Below are positions 53,403-64,000 of a DNA stretch of 64,000 bases, piece by piece; position 1 is the stretch's first letter, and each line of letters opens with the position of its first letter. This DNA comes from Chrysomallon squamiferum (taxonomy: Eukaryota; Animalia; Mollusca): positions 9,362,001-9,426,000 of the forward strand of contig CM022674.1 in NCBI GenBank assembly GCA_012295275.1, in the 5' to 3' direction. The notes beneath the pieces are model-generated. The model was not told where the DNA came from. It made no database searches and saw only the letters and a list, made by a program, of their open reading frames with translations. A program made the position numbers and the translations under genes.

Positions 53403-56228
53403 GGGGCGGGTGGGTGCTGTTTCTGATTATTTATTATTTTATAAGAAAATGACATACCTATAATAATGATTACTGTATTATTAGAATCGTAGTCTAAACT
53501 AAGGTGAATAAAATAATATTAATACTAGTAACAGTAATAATAATAATATATTCATAAATAAATTACTTAAATTATTTAATTTAAATACTAGCAATGTATC
53601 ATATTTTATTATATTGTCAAATGAAAAAAGATGTATTTTATACCAGTTAAAAGAAAACCAGTCCCTGGAATAAAAACAAAACACTTTTGATGATATCCAT
53701 GATATGAAGTTTTACTTTCTTAAAGACGATTATGAACATATTCTCTATTAAGTTTTTACATTTATGTAAATTTTACTGTAAAAGATAACACATTTCAAAT
53801 TTTTTGAAGGGGTCTTTTTTTTTTTTCTTTTCTTTAAAGTAACAACCGTTCTTTTATATTTATTTAATTTGGCTTTCAATTTTTTTATTTTTATTTTTTA
53901 TTTTTTTATTTTTTTTTATGAAGACCTTAAGAGAAGTAGACTTACTGAGTTAAATATTATGTTCTTGGCTTGTTTCAGTTGATGAATGAGCTTGAGATAA
54001 TGCCTGAGTAAGAGTTGTCGTTCGTCAATACTAGAATAGGTAACTTTTCTATTATTTTGATGTTTACTTCTGCAGACGACCCTATAGAGTTGTCGTTCTT
54101 GAGATTTTTACTCCAATCCCGGAGCCCCCATCCCTGGCGATGTCAGAGATCGGATCCAAGATAGGCATGCCTGAACCTATTTCTAGATATGGGAACATAA
54201 GAAGAGTTTCCATACCCACAATGAAGGTTTTTTTTTTTTTTTTTTTTTTTTACTAATCTGGCACTAACGGTTCCCTTCAAATGGCTGTTAAACAATAAAT
54301 ATCGGTAGTTATTTGTAAAATACATGGCAAAATGTGAAAGATACTTCAATAGGTCTAAATGTTCCATTTGAATAATCTATTCAGCCCAGTCGATTTTTTG
54401 TTAAGAAATTCCCCAAACAAAATAAATTGATATTTGACCTCATTCTGCTTTAAAACACACAGTAAATCAGCGTAACATTTTGAAAGATAAAAAAAAAGAA
54501 GAAAAAAAAAGCCAGCGCCACTAGCGGTCATTAGCTTAAATATCTTTATTAGCATTAGCTATCGAAAGCAATTAAATGCCTTTGGTACTCCGTTTATTAG
54601 TTATCTTCTAAGATTTATATAATAAAATGTTTTCAAATATACATACCACATACGGTAACGATAATTACACATTATACTACGTGCACTGTCAGGCACGTCT
54701 CATGGATGCCGACATTATTATTCTTCTTTACATTTATGTTCCTCCTTAGGCACATTAGCCAAAATTTACTTCTGTTAATCTGATGGAATAAAATAAAATC
54801 GTTTCAGAAATTAGCCTTTGGTTTTAATATTTTTGTGCAAGTAATCAGTGTTGTACTATGTGAAACTATGCACTGACTGATTGTGATTTACGATTGTATC
54901 ATGCTCACATATAAATAGTTTTAAAATCATTGACATCCAGTATTAAAGGGCCATTGAATTTTTTGATTATGCAAACGAGTTTACCATATCAATTTCTGAT
55001 TTTTGGATTTTCATTAAAATAGTTTCATTAATTATTTTTCAGTTTCATGTGGTATCCTGAGAGAATTTTTGGAAGTTGCTAATCATTGTGTTTTGTACGT
55101 ACGTGGTGTTTACCCACCTGGGGTGTTTGAAAACACAAAGAAGTATAATGTCCCAGTTCAGGTTAAAATCAAATCAAATCATTTATTTTAAAATTTAGAA
55201 TATTGAATTTATATACTCAAGGACTAACAGAAACGATTTTTGTATTTTTAATGTCTATTTACATAATAATTTTTAGATTAAATTTTGACTTTAAATTTTT
55301 ATTATTTCTATTTAATATTTCAGTGTTTTAATTATAACTTACAACAATTAAAAAATAATTTTATAAACACTGCATTTTTTTTTTTTTTTGTATGCATGTT
55401 AGATGTGCAAGCATCCAGAGGTGAGTCATTACATTTCTAGACTTATAGAAGGAGTTGCAGTTCTTCTTGATCAAAAACTGGTGAATAAAATTGTCATTGT
55501 GATACTGAATGGAAGTAAATTACCATTGGAGCATTTTGTTTTTCAAATTGGTTTGCCACTTCCAAAAAGCAGGTGATAATTTTATTTAAAAGTAACACAT
55601 TTTATCACAAATATAATTTCTATTTTTAATTACTTTAATCAGTGTTTTTTAATGTAACACATTTATGATTTATAGTGAGATAATTTCAGACATATCATGG
55701 CCATAACTACATTGAGGCAAATGAGGCAAATGTCTTTTTTAAAGTTTAAATTATATATTTTTATTTTTAGATAAAAAGATTTTAATCAAAAAATTGAAAA
55801 TAAAAATCTCTGTTCCAGTAGAAACAATATCCACTGAATGAATTTGTTTATGTCTATGGTTACCGTTTGATTTCTGCCAACATTGCTGCAATGAAAAATA
55901 TAAATGACTTCAAAGACATCAGACATCAATCAGACAGGTTTATCAAACACCTGATGATTTAAGGAATAAGACATCCTTTTCACACATTTCAGTCTTAGCC
56001 TGGTTCTAGCTCACCCAAATTTGTTTGCCCTGCTCGGCATGGCAGTTAAATGTTTTGCCTCATTTCAAAAAGAGTGTTGTTACGGCCATGCACATAGCAA
56101 TGATAAGCCCCTGAATACGCCAAACAAAATATGCTGTGGTAATAAGAATAAAACCAATTTAGGTACATTGCAAAAACATGGGTGACGAACACACCTCTTT
56201 TGCTCATTTTATTTCTTATGTAAATTTA
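53038..56228 (+). pseudogene. MAD2L2: Direct duplication of 4094-11964 (lacking about 5895-10496): promoter region plus MAD2L2 exons 1-3 (54140-54164, 55043-55161, 55403-55572)
   Basis: Colinear near-identity with the parent. Exon 2 has D>G and I>N changes. The copy stops 9 nt before the start of exon 4, so that acceptor is lost. Confidence 0.9.
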
Positions 56229-56475
56229 TGCAGCCTTAGCCACTAATATCACTGTTACTAGCGCTACAATGTATACCAATATCACCGATAAGAGTACTAT
56301 CATGTGTATTCATCATATCACTGGTAATCTCCTATTACCATCAGTACTAACAGCACTACCTCGAGAACGAATACGATCACTACTACCGGACTCTACTACC
56401 GGCCATTAATAATGGTTATTAATACCTCCGGAATCGCTTCCCGTCCCGTCACAACGACCAGCGCTACCATATGTG
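56229..56475. repeat. Further 57-bp minisatellite units (same orientation as 51480-52145)
   Basis: Contains ACTATCATGTGTATT, CTATTACCATCAGTACTAACAGCACTACC and TATTAATACCTCCGG motifs. Confidence 0.75.
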
Positions 56476-56482
56476 TGTGCAT

Positions 56483-59400
56483 ACATGTTTTAAACGAGAT
56501 TAAAAGATTTGCGGTTAACGCCATAGAAAGAGCTGTTCGACAACACAACGCATTCAATGCAGTTTCTTACGTCTACACACGATTAATAGTTGCATAGTAC
56601 GAGAAGTTGAGAAGCTGGAGAGGAATTCATTTTGCCGCTCAGCGCGTACTAGTAGTTAAACACTACGCACACTCTTTGCTTTGATAACTCTCTCTAGTAC
56701 CATTGTAATGACTTTACCGTTCTCTTACGATCTCAGAAAGACCACTCGGCCATGTCCCTTATGTCTGTATTACACTAAACACACACGCACAGAACCTCTC
56801 TTAAACGACGTTTAACAGTCAGCGCTTAACAGAGTGGAAACAACTGCTTCATAACAGAACGCATTCAGACGTGTCTCGTGTGTCTACGTACACTTGAAAT
56901 TTACGCACTGGGTGTGGTTGCGAAGCCGGAGAAGAAATTAGTTTTCTTGCTACCTGCATACCCGTTTCCTTTCTCATAGACTGTGCTACGTCTCTTACAT
57001 GATCTGTATTGGCGTTTCCCCAGTAAGCACACACACACGCACCACATGTTTTAAGCGAGATTTAAAGGTTTGCGGTTAACGCCGTAGAAAGACCTGCTTA
57101 ACTGCAGAACGCAATTCGGTGCCGTTTCTTACGTGCACACGCGATTCGTCCAAGTTGCATAGTACGAGAAGTTGAGAAGCTGGAGAAGAATTCATTTTGC
57201 CGCTCAGCGCGTACTAGTAGTTAAACACTACGCACACTCTTTGCTTTGATAACTCTCTCTAGTACCATTGTAATGACTTTACCGTTCTCTTACGATCTCA
57301 GAAAGACCACTCGGCCATGTCCCTTATGTCTGTATTACACTAAACACACACGCACAGAACCTCTCTTAAACGACGTTTAACAGTCAGCGCTTAACAGAGT
57401 GGAAACAACTGCTTCATAACAGAACGCATTCAGACGTGTCTCGTGTGTCTACGTACACTTGAAATTTACGCACTGGGTGTGGTTGCGAAGCCGGAGAAGA
57501 AATTAGTTTTCTTGCTACCTGCATACCCGTTTCCTTTCTCATAGACTGTGCTGCGTCTCTTATATGATCTGTATTGGCGTTTCCCCAGTAAGCACACACA
57601 CACGCACCACATGTTTTAAGCGAGATTTAAAGGTTTGCGGTTAACGCCGTAGAAAGACCTGCTTAACTGCAGAACGCAATTCGGTGCCGTTTCTTACGTG
57701 CACACGCGATTCGTCCAAGTTGCATAGTACGAGAAGTTGAGAAGCTGGAGAGGAATTCATTTTGCCGCTCAGCGCGTACTAGTAGTTAAACACTACGCAC
57801 ACTCTTTGCTTTGATAACTCTTATATGATCTGTATTGGCGTTTCCCGTTCTCTTACGATCTCAGAAAGACCACTCGGCCATGTCCCTTATGTCTGTGTTA
57901 CACTAAACACACACGCACAGAACCTCTTTAAACGACGTTTAACAGTCAGCGCTTAACAGAGTGGAAACAACTGCTTCATAACAGAACGCATTCAGACGTG
58001 TCTCGTGTGTCTACGTACACTTGAAATTTACGCACTGGGTGTGGTTGCGAAGCCGGAGAAGAAATTAGTTTTCTTGCTACCTGCATACCCGTTTCCTTTC
58101 TCATAGACTGTGCTACGTCTCTTACATGATCTGTATTGGCGTTTCCCCAGTAAGCACACACACACGCACCACATGTTTTAAGCGAGATTTAAAGGTTTGC
58201 GGTTAACGCCGTAGAAAGACCTGCTTAACTGCAGAACGCAATTCGGTGCCGTTTCTTACGTGCACACGCGATTCGTCCAAGTTGCATAGTACGAGAAGTT
58301 GAGAAGCTGGAGAGGAATTCATTTTGCCGCTCAGCGCGTACTAGTAGTTAAACACTACGCACACTCTTTGCTTTGATAACTCTCTCTAGTACCATTGTAA
58401 TGACTTTACCGTTCTCTTACGATCTCAGAAAGACCACTCGGCCATGTCCCTTATGTCTGTGTTACACTAAACACACACGCACAGAACCTCTCTTAAACGA
58501 CGTTTAACAGTCAGCGCTTAACAGAGTGGAAACAACTGCTTCATAACAGAACGCATTCAGACGTGTCTCGTGTGTCTACGTACACTTGAAATTTACGCAC
58601 TGGGTGTGGTTGCGAAGCCGGAGAAGAAATTAGTTTTCTTGCTACCTGCATACCCGTTTCCTTTCTCATAGACTGTGCTACGTCTCTTATATGATCTGTA
58701 TTGGCGTTTCCCCAGTAAGCACACACACACGCACCACATGTTTTAAGCGAGATTTAAAGGTTTGCGGTTAACGCCGTAGAAAGACCTGCTTAACTGCAGA
58801 ACGCAATTCGGTGCCGTTTCTTACGTGCACACGCGATTCGTCCAAGTTGCATAGTACGAGAAGTTGAGAAGCTGGAGAGGAATTCATTTTGCCGCTCAGC
58901 GCGTACTAGTAGTTAAACACTACGCACACTCTTTGCTTTGATAACTCTTATATGATCTGTATTGGCGTTTACCGTTCTCTTTACGATCTCAGAAAGACCA
59001 CTCGGCCATGTCCCTTATGTCTGTGTTACACTAAACACACACGCACAGAACCTCTCTTAAACGACGTTTAACAGTCAGCGCTTAACAGAGTGGAAACAAC
59101 TGCTTCATAACAGAACGCATTCAGACGTGTCTCGTGTGTCTACGTACACTTGAAATTTACGCACTGGGTGTGGTTGCGAAGCCGGAGAAGAAATTAGTTT
59201 TCTTGCTACCTGCATACCCGTTTCCTTTCTCATAGACTGTGCTACGTCTCTTATATGATCTGTATTGGCGTTTCCCCAGTAAGCACACACACACGCACCA
59301 CATGTTTTAAGCGAGATTTAAAGGTTTGCGGTTAACGCCGTAGAAAGACCTGCTTAACTGCAGAACGCAATTCGGTGCCGTTTCTTACGTGCACACGCGA

Positions 59401-62400
59401 TTCGTCCAAGTTGCATAGTACGAGAAGTTGAGAAGCTGGAGAGGAATTCATTTTGCCGCTCAGCGCGTACTAGTAGTTAAACACTACGCACACTCTTTGC
59501 TTTGATAACTCTCTCTAGTACCATTGTAATGACTTTACCGTTCTCTTACGATCTCAGAAAGACCACTCGGCCATGTCCCTTATGTCTGTGTTACACTAAA
59601 CACACACGCACAGAACCTCTCTTAAACGACGTTTAACAGTCAGCGCTTAACAGAGTGGAAACAACTGCTTCATAACAGAACGCATTCAGACGTGTCTCGT
59701 GTGTCTACGTACACTTGAAATTTACGCACTGGGTGTGGTTGCGAAGCCGGAGAAGAAATTAGTTTTCTTGCTACCTGCATACCCGTTTCCTTTCTCATAG
59801 ACTGTGCTACGTCTCTTATATGATCTGTATTGGCGTTTCCCCAGTAAGCACACACACACGCACCACATGTGTTTTAAGCGAGATTTAAAGGTTTGCGGTT
59901 AACGCCGTAGAAAGACCTGCTTAACTGCAGAACGCAATTCGGTGCCGTTTCTTACGTGCACACGCGATTCGTCCAAGTTGCATAGTACGAGAAGTTGAGA
60001 AGCTGGAGAGGAATTCATTTTGCCGCTCAGCGCGTACTAGTAGTTAAACACTACGCACACTCTTTGCTTTGATAACTCTCTCTAGTACCATTGTAATGAC
60101 TTTACCGTTCTCTTACGATCTCAGAAAGACCACTCGGCCATGTCCCTTATGTCTGTGTTACACTAAACACACACGCACAGAACCTCTCTTAAACGACGTT
60201 TAACAGTCAGCGCTTAACAGAGTGGAAACAACTGCTTCATAACAGAACGCATTCAGACGTGTCTCGTGTGTCTACGTACACTTGAAATTTACGCACTGGG
60301 TGTGGTTGCGAAGCCGGAGAAGAAATTAGTTTTCTTGCTACCTGCATACCCGTTTCCTTTCTCATAGACTGTGCTACGTCTCTTATATGATCTGTATTGG
60401 CGTTTCCCCAGTAAGCACACACACACGCACCACATGTTTTAAGCGAGATTTAAAGGTTTGCGGTTAACGCCGTAGAAAGACCTGCTTAACTGCAGAACGC
60501 AATTCGGTGCCGTTTCTTACGTGCACACGCGATTCGTCCAAGTTGCATAGTACGAGAAGTTGAGAAGCTGGAGAGGAATTCATTTTGCCGCTCAGCGCGT
60601 ACTAGTAGTTAAACACTACGCACACTCTTTGCTTTGATAACTCTCTCTAGTACCATTGTAATGACTTTACCGTTCTCTTACGATCTCAGAAAGACCACTC
60701 GGCCATGTCCCTTATGTCTGTGTTACACTAAACACACACGCACAGAACCTCTCTTAAACGACGTTTAACAGTCAGCGCTTAACAGAGTGGAAACAACTGC
60801 TTCATAACAGAACGCATTCAGACGTGTCTCGTGTGTCTACGTACACTTGAAATTTACGCACTGGGTGTGGTTGCGAAGCCGGAGAAGAAATTAGTTTTCT
60901 TGCTACCTGCATACCCGTTTCCTTTCTCATAGACTGTGCTACGTCTCTTATATGATCTGTATTGGCGTTTCCCCAGTAAGCACACACACACGCACCACAT
61001 GTTTTAAGCGAGATTTAAAGGTTTGCGGTTAACGCCGTAGAAAGACCTGCTTAACTGCAGAACGCAATTCGGTGCCGTTTCTTACGTGCACACGCGATTC
61101 GTCCAAGTTGCATAGTACGAGAAGTTGAGAAGCTGGAGAGGAATTCATTTTGCCGCTCAGCGCGTACTAGTAGTTAAACACTACGCACACTCTTTGCTTT
61201 GATAACTCTCTCTAGTACCATTGTAATGACTTTACCGTTCTCTTACGATCTCAGAAAGACCACTCGGCCATGTCCCTTATGTCTGTGTTACACTAAACAC
61301 ACACGCACAGAACCTCTCTTAAACGACGTTTAACAGTCAGCGCTTAACAGAGTGGAAACAACTGCTTCATAACAGAACGCATTCAGACGTGTCTCGTGTG
61401 TCTACGTACACTTGAAATTTACGCACTGGGTGTGGTTGCGAAGCCGGAGAAGAAATTAGTTTTCTTGCTACCTGCATACCCGTTTCCTTTCTCATAGACT
61501 GTGCTACGTCTCTTATATGATCTGTATTGGCGTTTCCCCAGTAAGCACACACACACGCACCACATGTTTTAAGCGAGATTTAAAGGTTTGCGGTTAACGC
61601 CGTAGAAAGACCTGCTTAACTGCAGAACGCAATTCGGTGCCGTTTCTTACGTGCACACGCGATTCGTCCAAGTTGCATAGTACGAGAAGTTGAGAAGCTG
61701 GAGAGGAATTCATTTTGCCGCTCAGCGCGTACTAGTAGTTAAACACTACGCACACTCTTTGCTTTGATAACTCTCTCTAGTACCATTGTAATGACTTTAC
61801 CGTTCTCTTACGATCTCAGAAAGACCACTCGGCCATGTCCCTTATGTCTGTGTTACACTAAACACACACGCACAGAACCTCTCTTAAAACGACGTTTAAC
61901 AGTCAGCGCTTAACAGAGTGGAAACAACTGCTTCATAACAGAACGCATTCAGACGTGTCTCGTGTGTCTACGTACACTTGAAATTTACGCACTGGGTGTG
62001 GTTGCGAAGCCGGAGAAGAAATTAGTTTTCTTGCTACCTGCATACCCGTTTCCTTTCTCATAGACTGTGCTACGTCTCTTATATGATCTGTATTGGCGTT
62101 TCCCCAGTAAGCACACACACACGCACCACATGTTTTAAGCGAGATTTAAAGGTTTGCGGTTAACGCCGTAGAAAGACCTGCTTAACTGCAGAACGCAATT
62201 CGGTGCCGTTTCTTACGTGCACACGCGATTCGTCCAAGTTGCATAGTACGAGAAGTTGAGAAGCTGGAGAGGAATTCATTTTGCCGCTCAGCGCGTACTA
62301 GTAGTTAAACACTACGCACACTCTTTGCTTTGATAACTCTCTCTAGTACCATTGTAATGACTTTACCGTTCTCTTACGATCTCAGAAAGACCACTCGGCC

Positions 62401-64000
62401 ATGTCCCTTATGTCTGTGTTACACTAAACACACACGCACAGAACCTCTCTTAAACGACGTTTAACAGTCAGCGCTTAACAGAGTGGAAACAACTGCTTCA
62501 TAACAGAACGCATTCAGACGTGTCTCGTGTGTCTACGTACACTTGAAATTTACGCACTGGGTGTGGTTGCGAAGCCGGAGAAGAAATTAGTTTTCTTGCT
62601 ACCTGCATACCCGTTTCCTTTCTCATAGACTGTGCTACGTCTCTTATATGATCTGTATTGGCGTTTCCCCAGTAAGCACACACACACGCACCACATGTTT
62701 TAAGCGAGATTTAAAGGTTTGCGGTTAACGCCGTAGAAAGACCTGCTTAACTGCAGAACGCAATTCGGTGCCGTTTCTTACGTGCACACGCGATTCGTCC
62801 AAGTTGCATAGTACGAGAAGTTGAGAAGCTGGAGAGGAATTCATTTTGCCGCTCAGCGCGTACTAGTAGTTAAACACTACGCACACTCTTTGCTTTGATA
62901 ACTCTCTCTAGTACCATTGTAATGACTTTACCGTTCTCTTACGATCTCAGAAAGACCACTCGGCCATGTCCCTTATGTCTGTGTTACACTAAACACACAC
63001 GCACAGAACCTCTCTTAAACGACGTTTAACAGTCAGCGCTTAACAGAGTGGAAACAACTGCTTCATAACAGAACGCATTCAGACGTGTCTCGTGTGTCTA
63101 CGTACACTTGAAATTTACGCACTGGGTGTGGTTGCGAAGCCGGAGAAGAAATTAGTTTTCTTGCTACCTGCATACCCGTTTCCTTTCTCATAGACTGTGC
63201 TACGTCTCTTACATGATCTGTATTGGCGTTTCCCCAGTAAGCACACACACACGCACCACATGTTTTAAGCGAGATTTAAAGGTTTGCGGTTAACGCCGTA
63301 GAAAGACCTGCTTAACTGCAGAACGCAATTCGGTGCCGTTTCTTACGTGCACACGCGATTCGTCCAAGTTGCATAGTACGAGAAGTTGAGAAGCTGGAGA
63401 GGAATTCATTTTGCCGCTCAGCGCGTACTAGTAGTTAAACACTACGCACACTCTTTGCTTTGATAACTCTCTCTAGTACCATTGTAATGACTTTACCGTT
63501 CTCTTACGATCTCAGAAAGACCACTCGGCCATGTCCCTTATGTCTGTGTTACACTAAACACACACGCACAGAACCTCTCTTAAACGACGTTTAACAGTCA
63601 GCGCTTAACAGAGTGGAAACAACTGCTTCATAACAGAACGCATTCAGACGTGTCTCGTGTGTCTACGTACACTTGAAATTTACGCACTGGGTGTGGTTGC
63701 GAAGCCGGAGAAGAAATTAGTTTTCTTGCTACCTGCATACCCGTTTCCTTTCTCATAGACTGTGCTACGTCTCTTATATGATCTGTATTGGCGTTTCCCC
63801 AGTAAGCACACACACACACGCACCACATGTTTTAAGCGAGATTTAAAGGTTTGCGGTTAACGCCGTAGAAAGACCTGCTTAACTGCAGAACGCAATTCGG
63901 TGCCGTTTCTTACGTGCACACGCGATTCGTCCAAGTTGCATAGTACGAGAAGTTGAGAAGCTGGAGAGGAATTCATTTTGCCGCTCAGCGCGTACTAGTA
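56483..64000. repeat. 565-bp tandem satellite, about 13.3 monomers, running off the window end
   Basis: The same 61-codon frame recurs every 562-567 bp (ends at 57034, 57599, 58161 ... 63248). Monomers are nearly identical and much richer in GC and CpG than the flanking DNA. Confidence 0.98.

Noticed and set aside
56849-63828. Thirteen copies of a 61-aa ORF (MCAYWGNANTDH...) as a tandem gene array
   Set aside because: The start is a GTG inside a (GT)n tract, there is no recognisable domain or splice structure, and the repetition simply follows the satellite.
56483-64000. CRISPR array, retrozyme, rDNA/snRNA array, telomere or CENP-B box
   Set aside because: No unique spacers, no CTGANGA hammerhead core seen on either strand, no intact RNA gene, and no TTAGGG or TTCG....A..CGGG seen.

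Overview
AT-rich, intron-containing animal genomic DNA. The repeat content suggests a mollusc, but that is inference. Positions 1-33 kb hold four spliced housekeeping genes in alternating orientation, forming two head-to-head pairs: MRPL51 (-) with MAD2L2/REV7 (+), and NUDT8 (-) with GSTK1 (+). GSTK1 introns carry a 2-kb near-perfect foldback element (Sola2-like), a decayed Buster-type hAT transposon, and LINE, MULE, Tigger and SINE fragments. Positions 33-41 kb contain an unidentified multi-exon minus-strand gene, possibly two. Positions 48.5-56.5 kb are a mosaic of duplications of the first 12 kb: an inverted copy of the MRPL51 3' end, a fold-back 57-bp minisatellite, and a direct copy of the MRPL51/REV7 promoter region with REV7 exons 1-3. 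From 56.5 kb to the window end is a homogeneous, CpG-rich 565-bp satellite (about 13 monomers) whose monomer is itself a diverged dimer. All alignments and translations were done by eye.
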